From: Clostridia bacterium
GTDB lineage: Bacteria > Bacillota > Clostridia > Oscillospirales > CAG-382
NCBI GenBank assembly: GCA_017620655.1
Contig: JAGAUT010000079.1
Location: forward strand, 3,635 to 67,634
Length of the DNA: 64,000 nt
Reading direction: 5' to 3'
A program made the translations under genes and the position numbers. Positions 20,086-29,132 of this stretch are shown here, piece by piece. Position 1 is the stretch's first letter. Every line of letters begins with the position of its first letter. The notes beneath the pieces are model-generated. The model was given only the letters and a program-made list of their open reading frames with translations, was not told the origin of the DNA and ran no database searches.

Positions 20086-21402
20086 TTACAGCCTCCAATA
20101 GAGATATCCGGCATTTTCGTATGCCTTTCTGTCAAGAAGTCCCTTGATATCGAGAAGTACCTTTCTGCCTTCGCCGAAGAACTTATCCATATCGCTCATT
20201 GTAAAGTGTGAGAAGTTTTCGTGGGCAACCGCAAGAACAACCGCATCCATGTCCTTAACAGTATCAATATCGACAAAGTCAACACCGTAGAGATGCTTTG
20301 CCTCAGCAGCATCTGCCTGAGGGTCGGCAATAGTGGGTTCAATACCGTATTCACGAAGTTCTTTTACTATATCAAAAATCTTGGAGTTTCTTGTATCGGG
20401 GCAGTTTTCCTTGAAGGTAAAGCCAAGAATTGCAACCTTTGCATTCTTAACCGCCTTTTCAGCCTTAATAAGGCTCTTTACTACGTTTTCGGCAACGTAT
20501 TTACCCATATCATCGTTTATTCTTCTACCTGCGAGAATAACCTGGCTATGGTAGCCCATCATTTCTGCTTTGTATGTAAGATAGTAAGGGTCAACACCGA
20601 TACAGTGACCGCCTACAAGACCGGGATAGAACTTAAGGAAATTCCACTTTGTTCCTGCCGCTTCAAGCACGCTCTTTGTATCAATACCCATTTTATTAAA
20701 GATAATCGAAAGCTCGTTCATGAAAGCAATATTAATATCTCTCTGGCTGTTTTCAATTACCTTTGCAGCTTCTGCAACCTTGATTGCGTTTGCTCTGTGT
20801 ACGCCTGCTTCAACAACAAGCTCATACACCTTTGCCACAATATCAAGTGTTTCATCGTCCATACCCGAAACAATCTTGATAATTGTTTCAAGTCTATGTA
20901 CCTTATCACCGGGGTTAATTCTTTCAGGAGAATAACCAATCTTAAAGTCAACACCGCATTTAAGTCCTGATTCCTTTTCAAGTATCGGTACGCACACATC
21001 CTCTGTAACACCGGGATAGACTGTAGATTCGTATACAACAACGCTTCCCTTTGTAAGGTTTCTGCCGAGGATTCTGCTTGCACCTTCAACGGGTGAAAGG
21101 TCGGGAGTATGGTCATCATATACGGGTGTAGGAACGGCAACAATGTGGAACTTTGCTTCTCTGAGCTTTGTTTCGTCTGCCGTAAATTCAACTGTTGTAT
21201 TCTTAATAGCTTCGTCGCCAACTTCATTTGTGGGGTCGATGCCTGATTTATAGAGTTCTATTTTCTTTTCATTAAGGTCATAGCCGACAACCTTTACCTT
21301 CTTTGCAAATGCAACGGCTATAGGCATACCTACGTAGCCGAGACCTACAAGGGATATTTTTTCTTGTCCGTTTACTATTCTTTCGTAGAGGTTTGTGTAC
21401 AT
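20086..21402 (-). CDS. tviB: UDP-N-acetyl-hexosamine 6-dehydrogenase (TviB/WbpO/CapL type)
   Basis: VGLGYVGMP, YESTVYPG, SPERINPGD, GGHCIGVDPYYL, FKENCPDTRNS. Confidence 0.9.
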   Translation of the reverse strand: MYTNLYERIVNGQEKISLVGLGYVGMPIAVAFAKKVKVVGYDLNEKKIELYKSGIDPTNEVGDEAIKNTTVEFTADETKLREAKFHIVAVPTPVYDDHTPDLSPVEGASRILGRNLTKGSVVVYESTVYPGVTEDVCVPILEKESGLKCGVDFKIGYSPERINPGDKVHRLETIIKIVSGMDDETLDIVAKVYELVVEAGVHRANAIKVAEAAKVIENSQRDINIAFMNELSIIFNKMGIDTKSVLEAAGTKWNFLKFYPGLVGGHCIGVDPYYLTYKAEMMGYHSQVILAGRRINDDMGKYVAENVVKSLIKAEKAVKNAKVAILGFTFKENCPDTRNSKIFDIVKELREYGIEPTIADPQADAAEAKHLYGVDFVDIDTVKDMDAVVLAVAHENFSHFTMSDMDKFFGEGRKVLLDIKGLLDRKAYENAGYLYWRL

Positions 21403-21443
21403 ATTAAGCTTCCTTTCTGAATTACAACTTCTATTTAAACTAA

Positions 21444-21967
21444 TTATTCATCTTTCAAACGCGATTTTATAACCTTTGCGGGCACACCCGCAGCAACGGA
21501 ATATGCAGGTATATCCTTTGTTACAACGGCTCCTGCCCCAATCACACAGCCATCACCGATATTAACTCCCGGCATAATTATTACTCGTCTGCCAAGCCAT
21601 ACATCGTTGCCTATTGTAACGGGTCTTTCTGCGGTGTCACCCTGATCCATCATCGGAGCATCAATGCTGTCAAATGTATGTCCGCTTGTATAAATCACAA
21701 CTTCGGGTCCCATCATAACACAGTTGCCGATTTTTACACTTCCATTAATCTCGCAGTTTATTCCAATACCCGAACGGTCTCCAAGTTCAAGCCCCGGGGT
21801 AAAACTTGCATTGTGTTCTATATTTACGTCTTTACCGCATTTTGAGATAATCCTGCGTGCAAAAAAACTCTCAATTTCTTGGCAAACGCCATATGTCTGC
21901 TTTGAGGCAGCCATGAGGCAAACATCTGATACAAAATATACAGTATTTTTGTTTTAGCAGTCCACAT
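21444..21967 (-). pseudogene. LbH O-acetyltransferase frameshifted at a T7 homopolymer (possibly phase-variable or an assembly error)
   Basis: RBS GGAG + ATG at 21967 gives MWTAKTKILYILYQMFASWLPQSRHMAFAKKLR. One extra T in the tract at 21861-21867 joins this to FFARRIISKCGK...VTIGNDVWLG...GVPAKVIK. Confidence 0.75.
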
Positions 21968-22003
21968 ACCTGTCTCCATTCCGTTACACATAAGTACTCA
22001 ATT

Positions 22004-23041
22004 TCACATTCTGTCAATCAGCACCTTTATTGCAACATCAGATTTAAACTTCTGTGCCTCAAATAAAGCACTTGATTTCATTTTCAAAAACTCATCAGGA
22101 TTCTCAGCTACTTTTTTTAACAAATCCGTCAATGCATCAACATTTTCAAATTCGTACCCCCATCCGGTAACATTTTCACTGAAAACATCACTGTAATTAA
22201 GCCAAAGAGATGTTATAACAGGAACGCCTGCGGAATATGCATCAATTAAAGTTCCGGGTATTCCTTCAGTATAAAACCTTGTAGGAAAAAGAAGGGCAAA
22301 ATAATCTTTTAGTACTTCTACACTTTTATCATACTCAACAATGCCGCGGTAACTTACAAAACCGGTGAATTCTTTTTGCAGGTTTTGGAACCATTCAATC
22401 TGAGAAACGTCTATCTGACCAAATATATCAAGAGTATACACGGTTCTTCCGTAATGTTCATTGACTCTTTTTACGGCAGTTATTGCATCCTCTATTCCTT
22501 TTTCTTTCATAACCCGAGAAAAAGTACATAGTTTATAAGGCTCGGTCTGCGCATACACAAGTTCTTTCTCGCTTAGTGGTGTTAACTCTTTAAAATTAGG
22601 CATTACTCTGACATTTTCAAAGCCCATCTCTTCAAGTGATCTTTTCATTGTTGATGTTTCAACATATATACCATCAAGTTTTCTAAGAGTATTGGTCAAA
22701 GATTTTTTATTCTTCAAAAAAGCTGCCAACCATCCACCGATAACAACATAGTGAATACGTCTTTTATAAAAACGATTCAAGAATTGCAACAATGCCGGAA
22801 CTATTCTAAGGCTGTTGTGTGCAGGAAGAATTACAACATTCTCACACTGTTTTAAAGCCAACCGTGAAAAAAACGGCAGTTTTAATAGAAAATTTTTCCC
22901 GCCATAGGTATCAATTTTCAAAACTTCATTTTCACCGAATTCTTTTTCAAGAGCCGCGGTCACCGATTTAGTTTTAACCGTCTGTCCGTCCAAAAACTCC
23001 TTGTTTCCGCCAAAATGACCTATTACAGCCGTCCTAATCAT
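22004..23041 (-). CDS. Glycosyltransferase family 4
   Basis: FSRVMKEKG; EGIPGTLIDAY. Confidence 0.85.
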   Translation of the reverse strand: MIRTAVIGHFGGNKEFLDGQTVKTKSVTAALEKEFGENEVLKIDTYGGKNFLLKLPFFSRLALKQCENVVILPAHNSLRIVPALLQFLNRFYKRRIHYVVIGGWLAAFLKNKKSLTNTLRKLDGIYVETSTMKRSLEEMGFENVRVMPNFKELTPLSEKELVYAQTEPYKLCTFSRVMKEKGIEDAITAVKRVNEHYGRTVYTLDIFGQIDVSQIEWFQNLQKEFTGFVSYRGIVEYDKSVEVLKDYFALLFPTRFYTEGIPGTLIDAYSAGVPVITSLWLNYSDVFSENVTGWGYEFENVDALTDLLKKVAENPDEFLKMKSSALFEAQKFKSDVAIKVLIDRM

Positions 23042-23060
23042 AAGCTAATGCATCCCTATA

Positions 23061-24080
23061 TTAAATTAATTTGTGAGTATATCCTTTGTCTCTATACTTC
23101 TTATCAAACAGCTTTACTATACCGCAGAGCGAACCGAAGCCGTATGATATATGAAAAACAGGAAAAAGTATAAACAAAGTCAAAAACTCTTTTACAGAGG
23201 AGGTCTGTTTTAACGAAAACAAAGCATCCAATGAAAAGTACAAAACAAGTTCAAGTCCAAGACCAATCCAAAAGATATAATGCAAAAGTCCGAGAAGTGA
23301 AAATGCCAAAACCGATGCAACAAATGCAAAAGGAATAAAATGCCGGATTCCCATAGAACCTGGACAAAGTTTCATTGTGATAACATTCCACATACCGTTT
23401 ATAAAAGCCATCCTCGAAATACCTTTTACTGTATCTCTGCAATAATACGATAAATGTATATCGTTGGATAAATATATTTTTCCGCCGTTTTTACGGATTC
23501 GGTAATTCATTTCATTGTCCTGATTACGTATGAGACGTTCATCATAACCGCCGTATTTTGAGAAAACCTCACGTTTAAACGCCCCAAACGGCACAGTATC
23601 AACATATCCGCTTTCACCGTTTGTGCGAAACTGTGAATTGCCAACACCGAATTTTGAAGAAAGCATCTTTGCAATAGCTCCACCCATAAATCCATTTGCC
23701 TTCGTTTCAGCAAGACCACCAACATTTTCAGCATCTGTATTTTCAAGATAATAAACACACTTTGAAATGTAGTCACTTGCATAGTCCGAATGTGCATCAA
23801 GACGAACTATATACTTTCCTTTTGATGCCGAAATTCCTATATTCATTGCAAACGGAACTATTTTATGAGGATTGTTAAGCACCTTTATAAGTTTAGGATA
23901 TTTTTCACCATATGTCCTCAGAATCTCAACAGTTCTGTCCTTCGAACAACCATCTATAAAAATCCACTCCATGTTTTCAGCAGGATAATCCTGAAGAAGA
24001 AGCGATTCAATACATTTATCTATGTACTTTTCCTCATTATAAACCGGCATCACTACCGAAACCACAATTGTTTCGCTCAT
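23061..24080 (-). CDS. Glycosyltransferase family 2 (ExoA-like)
   Basis: VSVVMPVYNEE, IDGCSKD, RLDAH, DTVPFGAF, RNQDNE. Confidence 0.9.
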   Translation of the reverse strand: MSETIVVSVVMPVYNEEKYIDKCIESLLLQDYPAENMEWIFIDGCSKDRTVEILRTYGEKYPKLIKVLNNPHKIVPFAMNIGISASKGKYIVRLDAHSDYASDYISKCVYYLENTDAENVGGLAETKANGFMGGAIAKMLSSKFGVGNSQFRTNGESGYVDTVPFGAFKREVFSKYGGYDERLIRNQDNEMNYRIRKNGGKIYLSNDIHLSYYCRDTVKGISRMAFINGMWNVITMKLCPGSMGIRHFIPFAFVASVLAFSLLGLLHYIFWIGLGLELVLYFSLDALFSLKQTSSVKEFLTLFILFPVFHISYGFGSLCGIVKLFDKKYRDKGYTHKLI

Positions 24081-24832
24081 TATTTCACCTTTTCAATTTC
24101 GTTATGAACCTCGGTTTTAACAGGTGCCACATAATCACCCTTATATTCCTTACCGAGAACCGCAAACACAGTCATAAACATAATCTTAATATCACCGAAA
24201 AAGCTAAATTCCTTAATCGCCTTAAGATTATAGTACATTTTGCCCGGAAGCACATCTTCCACATATACCTTGTCGGCATCCTCTGCATTATCCAAAAGTT
24301 CAGCTTCGTCTTTATAATAGATGCTTGCAAGACTTGTAACTCCGGCAGGCAAAAGAAGCGTTGCCATCATTTCGGGTGTATACTGCTTTGTATACCTTTC
24401 AACCTCAGGTCTTGTACCTACAAAAGTCATTGTTCCGCGCAACACGTCGATTAGCTGGCATAGTTCATCAAGTCTGCACTTGCGTATAAACTTGCCGACC
24501 TTTGTAATTCTCGAATCTTCTCCGACAGTGACAAGAGAGCCTTTGTCGGCATTCTGTACCATTGAACGGAATTTGAAGATTCTGAATTTTTTGTTATATT
24601 GCGTAAGTCTGACCTGTCGGTAAAAGACGGGGCCCTTACTGTCGATCTTTATGGCTGCAGCAAGAACAACAAAAACAGGAGAAAGAATTATAAGCATTAC
24701 AAATGACACAACAATGTCAAACACCCTCTTGAAGAATAGACTTAGTCTTTTCTTTTTCAAAACATCATAATACTCTCTGACTTGCTCAGTCTGCATCTCG
24801 GCGGGAAGCTTTTCCCATTTTTTTAAAAGCAT
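24080..24832 (-). CDS. Priming phosphoglycosyl transferase (Spr1655/WcfS-like AATGal-1-P transferase)
   Basis: KRVFDI, FKFRSM, RLDEL, VGTRPEV; the N-terminal KWEKLPAEMQ is characteristic of the pneumococcal teichoic-acid priming enzyme group. Confidence 0.85.
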   Translation of the reverse strand: MLLKKWEKLPAEMQTEQVREYYDVLKKKRLSLFFKRVFDIVVSFVMLIILSPVFVVLAAAIKIDSKGPVFYRQVRLTQYNKKFRIFKFRSMVQNADKGSLVTVGEDSRITKVGKFIRKCRLDELCQLIDVLRGTMTFVGTRPEVERYTKQYTPEMMATLLLPAGVTSLASIYYKDEAELLDNAEDADKVYVEDVLPGKMYYNLKAIKEFSFFGDIKIMFMTVFAVLGKEYKGDYVAPVKTEVHNEIEKVK

Positions 24833-24833
24833 A

Positions 24834-26036
24834 TTATATGTACTCTTTCAAAATTCTCGTATAGTTTTCAATCACATAATCCATTTCTTCATCAGTAAGT
24901 TTTGTATGAAGCGGGAGTGTAATTTCATTTTCAAAATACTTGTACGCATTAGGATAATCCTTGATATCAAAGCCGAGATTCTTATATGCAGTGTGCATTG
25001 GCAGAGGCTTGAAATGAACATTTGTTGAGATGCCACATTCTGCCATCTTTATAATAATCTCGTTTCTCTGTTCAAGACTTACACCGGGTATTCTTGTCAT
25101 ATAAAGATGTCCCGAAGACTTATAATCATCTGTGTAATGATTGAGAACTCCAATTCCGAGAGGCTCAAATGCTTTATTATACCTAGCAATCATTGTCTTT
25201 CTTCTCTCAAGCATACCGCCGTAGCGTTCAAGCTGCTTAAGCCCGATTGCCGCCATGATATCCGTCATATTGCACTTAAACCAAGGACCGACAACATCAT
25301 ATTCCCACGCACCAAGTTGTGTCTTAGCCAAAGCATCCTTGCTTTGTCCGTGAAGCGAGAGTAACTGAAGCTTTTTATAAATATCCTCATTGGAAACACC
25401 GTCAATTGTTCTCCAGGTAAGAGCACCGCCTTCGGCTGTTGTAAAATTCTTTACTGCATGGAAGGAAAAAGCGGTAAAATCGGCGACATTACCAATCATT
25501 CTGCCCTTATATTCAGCACCAAGAGAATGTGCTGAGTCTTCAAGGATAATAACTCTTCCGATTGCCTTTTGAATCTCATTATTGGGCTTAAACAGGTGCT
25601 TTTTTCTCTCGACAATTTCAAAAATCCTGTCATAATCGCAGGGAACACCGCCGACATCTACAGGGATAATAACCTTTGTCTTTTCTGTAATAGCCGCTTC
25701 AAGTTCATCGTAATTCATTTGTAAATTATCCTTCTGGGAGTCCACAAGAACAATTTTTGCACCCACATGGTCAATTACAGATGCAGAAGCCGTATATGTA
25801 TATGCGGCAGTGATAACCTCATCACCTGCACCTACACCGAGCAAGCGCAATGTCATTTCCGCACAGGCGGTCTGAGAGTTAAGACATACGCATTTTTCGG
25901 TACCGATCCACTCGGCAATATTCGCTTCAAGCTTTTTTGTTCTCGGACCTGTTGTAATCCAACCGGAGCGCAATGCTTCGGCAACTTCGCTGATTTCAAG
26001 TTCTGTTATATCAGGAGGTGAAAATGGTATATTCAT
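24834..26036 (-). CDS. aatB: DegT/DnrJ aminotransferase, AATGal-forming type (Spr1654/AatB/WcfR-like)
   Basis: MNIPFSPPDITE, SFHAVKNFTTAEGG, SLHGQSKDALAK, KCNMTDIMA, NVHFKPLP. Confidence 0.8.
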   Translation of the reverse strand: MNIPFSPPDITELEISEVAEALRSGWITTGPRTKKLEANIAEWIGTEKCVCLNSQTACAEMTLRLLGVGAGDEVITAAYTYTASASVIDHVGAKIVLVDSQKDNLQMNYDELEAAITEKTKVIIPVDVGGVPCDYDRIFEIVERKKHLFKPNNEIQKAIGRVIILEDSAHSLGAEYKGRMIGNVADFTAFSFHAVKNFTTAEGGALTWRTIDGVSNEDIYKKLQLLSLHGQSKDALAKTQLGAWEYDVVGPWFKCNMTDIMAAIGLKQLERYGGMLERRKTMIARYNKAFEPLGIGVLNHYTDDYKSSGHLYMTRIPGVSLEQRNEIIIKMAECGISTNVHFKPLPMHTAYKNLGFDIKDYPNAYKYFENEITLPLHTKLTDEEMDYVIENYTRILKEYI

Positions 26037-26072
26037 ACTGATTCTCCTTACAAATTATCATTTGTGATCTAC

Positions 26073-26140
26073 AAACAGGCATAACTTCGCCCTTATAAAT
26101 ATACAGTATAAATTATACTCTTTTCCCTCCCCAATGTCAA
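26073..26140 (-). promoter_or_regulatory. Cluster B promoter and conserved leader
   Basis: TTGACA(26135-40)-17-TATAAT(26112-17), followed by TTATACTGTATATTTATAAGGGCGAAGTTATGCC. Confidence 0.8.
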
Positions 26141-26205
26141 TAGAATTAATACTGTTTTTACATTATTATTTATTAATTGTTTTCCTTTTTCGTCAAAACC
26201 CAAAC

Positions 26206-26235
26206 AAAAAAGCAAAACCCGAAGGTTTTGCTTTT
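26206..26235 (-). terminator. Rho-independent terminator ending cluster A
   Basis: AAAAGCAAAACC-CGAA-GGTTTTGCTTTT hairpin. Confidence 0.85.
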
Positions 26236-27403
26236 AATACAACGATTCAAGTCCAATTTTTTCAAAGAGCAACGATACGTCATCTTTGTTCTTTTCAGAC
26301 ACGTCATTATTCAGTGAGATTTCCTTTGACGCATATCCGATTCGTCCGCCAAATGCAATTCTGCACCATCTTCTCAGCTGATAAATCGGTGTGAGATATT
26401 TCTTGCCTTTCAGTCCGGGATATGTTATTACAAGATGTTCATATGGCATGAAAATTCGGGAAAGAATATATGAAACCCTGCTCTTTTTCCGTCTGCTTGC
26501 CGCAATCTGATTTTTCTTTGTTCCATACACACCGCCGTCAAGAAGGTACTTCTGGTAAAGGAGTGTTGTTTCGTCATGCTCTCCGTCACCAAACCAGACC
26601 TCTGACAGCCTGAGACTTTCATAATAGAAGGTCTTGATTTCGCAAATTTCAAGCATGGAACAAAGCTTGCTTTCATCAAGCTCAATCTTGTTTTTCAAGA
26701 GATACATGTCAAGAAAATTTCTGATGCTGCATCCCCCGCCGGCTACATGATAAGACAGGTGTGCCGCAATCTGGAACATGAAAAATTCATTCGTCAGCAC
26801 GTATTCATAAGAGCCGTTATTCTTAGGTAAAGCGTAATCCCACACCCGCGTGAGAAGGGTGTCGACATTATTTCTGTTTTCCTTGATGTTAAAGTGCAGT
26901 TCGAGATGCACATCGTCCTCGGAATAGAGGGAAACATCATGATAGTCCCTCACGCCTTTCGAGGTAAAACCAAGCTTTTCAACAATTGCCTTTTCGGCTC
27001 TGTCGAGGTCTTCTTCATGCACAAGAATGTCAATATCGCAGCTTGTTCTCATCCACGGTTCGGGATAAAAATTCCTGATTACCGCACCCTTCAGCGGAAT
27101 AAACGGAATTCCTTCCTTTTCAAGAAGTTCTGAAATATTGACAAGTGCAAGATTCAAATTTTCATATCTCATGACAGACATGGCATTCTGCTTTATGAAC
27201 TCAAATGCAACATTCTCATCAGACACGGAAATTTCGCTGATTTTATATGCGTAATCAAGCAGATGCGCCATGTCGTGATGTCTTGCCATTTTATAAAGAA
27301 GCTCGGCCTCACGCCCTGCTTCCTGCTTTGCCTCTTCACTCATTTCTTCGCCGAGAACGGCGTTACGGATGAGGGCAAAAAGGGTATTTATCTCTTTTCT
27401 CAA
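26234..27403 (-). CDS. Nucleotidyltransferase family protein (NTP_transf_5), last gene of cluster A; paralog of 10315..11490
   Basis: PLKGAV...YPEPWMRTSCDIDILVHEEDL shared with the paralog; TTG start. Confidence 0.85.
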   Translation of the reverse strand: MRKEINTLFALIRNAVLGEEMSEEAKQEAGREAELLYKMARHHDMAHLLDYAYKISEISVSDENVAFEFIKQNAMSVMRYENLNLALVNISELLEKEGIPFIPLKGAVIRNFYPEPWMRTSCDIDILVHEEDLDRAEKAIVEKLGFTSKGVRDYHDVSLYSEDDVHLELHFNIKENRNNVDTLLTRVWDYALPKNNGSYEYVLTNEFFMFQIAAHLSYHVAGGGCSIRNFLDMYLLKNKIELDESKLCSMLEICEIKTFYYESLRLSEVWFGDGEHDETTLLYQKYLLDGGVYGTKKNQIAASRRKKSRVSYILSRIFMPYEHLVITYPGLKGKKYLTPIYQLRRWCRIAFGGRIGYASKEISLNNDVSEKNKDDVSLLFEKIGLESLY

Positions 27404-27421
27404 GATTTATCTACCACCTGA

Positions 27422-28606
27422 TTAGAATTTTCTCCAGACCATCTTATTAACAACACCTGTGTATGACTGGATAATCTTTACAACCTTTGTTGATACGTTT
27501 TCTTCAACGTATGTAGGAACGGGAATACCATAATCACCGTTATCGTTCATGGAAACTGCTGTTTCAACCGCCTGAACAAGGCTGTTTTCGTCAATGCCGG
27601 CAAGGATAAAGCAAGCCTTATCAAGTGCCTCGGGGCGTTCGGTTGAGGTTCTTATACATACCGCAGGGAAAGGATTACCAACACTTGTAAAGAAGCTGGA
27701 TTCTTCGGGAAGTGTACCGGAATCCGACACAACTGCATATGCGTTCATCTGAAGGTGGTTATAGTCATGGAAACCTAAAGGCTCATGCTGAATAACACGC
27801 TTATCAAGTACAAAACCGCTTTCCGCAAGTCTCTTTTTACTTCTGGGGTGGCAGGAATAAAGTATCGGCATATCGTACTTTTCAGCAATCTTATTGATGG
27901 CTGTAAAAAGTGAAAGGAAGTTCTTTTCTGTATCGATATTTTCTTCTCTGTGAGCAGAAAGAAGGATATACTTTTTACTCTCAAGTCCAAGTCTTGAAAG
28001 TATATCGCTCTTTTTGATATCCTCAAGGTTATTATGAAGAACCTCTGCCATAGGCGAGCCTGTTACATATGTGCGTTCCTTGGGAAGTCCGCATTCGTGA
28101 AGGTATCTTCTTGCGTGCTCGGAATATGCAAGGTTGACGTCGGAAATGATATCAACAATTCTTCTGTTTGTTTCTTCGGGAAGGCACTCATCCTTACAAC
28201 GGTTTCCAGCTTCCATATGGAAAATCGGGATATGAAGACGTTTTGCGGCAATTGCCGAAAGGCAGGAGTTTGTATCACCGAGTATAAGAAGAGCATCGGG
28301 TTTTATCTCATTCATAAGCTTATACGAGCAGTTGATGATATTACCGACGGTTGCACCGAGGTCGTCCCCTACTGCATCCATATAAACCTCAGGGTCTGCA
28401 AGCTTCAAATCCTTGAAGAATACGCCGTTGAGGTTATAGTCATAGTTCTGACCTGTATGGGCAAGAATTGTATCAAAATACTTTCTGCACTTATTGATAA
28501 CAGCCGCAAGTCTTATGATTTCGGGTCTTGTACCAACGATAATAAGAAGCTTGAGTCTGCCGTCGTTTTTGAATTTTACGTCTGAATAGTCAGTTTTGAT
28601 ATCCAT
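27422..28606 (-). CDS. fnlC: UDP-2-acetamido-2,6-dideoxy-L-talose 2-epimerase (CapG/WbjD/FnlC)
   Basis: GTRPEIIRL, HTGQNYD, LGDTNS, EAGNRC, PEETNR, SDSGT; follows fnlA/fnlB. Confidence 0.85.
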   Translation of the reverse strand: MDIKTDYSDVKFKNDGRLKLLIIVGTRPEIIRLAAVINKCRKYFDTILAHTGQNYDYNLNGVFFKDLKLADPEVYMDAVGDDLGATVGNIINCSYKLMNEIKPDALLILGDTNSCLSAIAAKRLHIPIFHMEAGNRCKDECLPEETNRRIVDIISDVNLAYSEHARRYLHECGLPKERTYVTGSPMAEVLHNNLEDIKKSDILSRLGLESKKYILLSAHREENIDTEKNFLSLFTAINKIAEKYDMPILYSCHPRSKKRLAESGFVLDKRVIQHEPLGFHDYNHLQMNAYAVVSDSGTLPEESSFFTSVGNPFPAVCIRTSTERPEALDKACFILAGIDENSLVQAVETAVSMNDNGDYGIPVPTYVEENVSTKVVKIIQSYTGVVNKMVWRKF

Positions 28607-28619
28607 GTTTCTTTATCTC

Positions 28620-29132
28620 CTAAAGTTTATATGTTCTGTTTTCTATTACCTGCCCTGCTTCGACCTTCATAAAGGCAGGGATTCTGTTTTCCGCTTTAAC
28701 TATTGCACCAAGGCACACATGAACGCCCTTTTCAATAACACATCCGTGGTCAACAATTGCACCGCAGTTGATTATACAGCCTTTTTCAATCACTGTATCT
28801 GTATTCACCATGGCATTGGGAAGCACAACAGTACCTTTGTTAAGGCTTGCCTTAGGGCTGATATAGGCAGTTTTATGCACAATTATCGGGATATTTGCAC
28901 CTTTTTCTTCCAGCTTTTCAATGAAAGAGAGGCGTGATTGGTTATTGCCGAAAGCAGGATATATTTCTGTATCGTCTGAAATGAACTTTTCAAAATCCGC
29001 ACATTTTCCGACAACATTGTCAGCAACCTTATTGTCATCGAGAAATACAATTCTTTCGTATTTTCCCGACTGTTCTGCAACATCGCACACCGTCTGTCCG
29101 TATCCGCCGGCACCTATTATTACTAAAGTCAT
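28620..29132 (-). CDS. PglD/NeuD-like acetyltransferase (short)
   Basis: IIGAGGYG, FLDD, AFGNN, LbH repeats with IVDH. Confidence 0.75.
   Translation of the reverse strand: MTLVIIGAGGYGQTVCDVAEQSGKYERIVFLDDNKVADNVVGKCADFEKFISDDTEIYPAFGNNQSRLSFIEKLEEKGANIPIIVHKTAYISPKASLNKGTVVLPNAMVNTDTVIEKGCIINCGAIVDHGCVIEKGVHVCLGAIVKAENRIPAFMKVEAGQVIENRTYKL

Noticed and set aside
21444-21914. ORF-track start MAASKQTY for the acetyltransferase
   Set aside because: No RBS; the plausible N-terminus is in another frame from 21967
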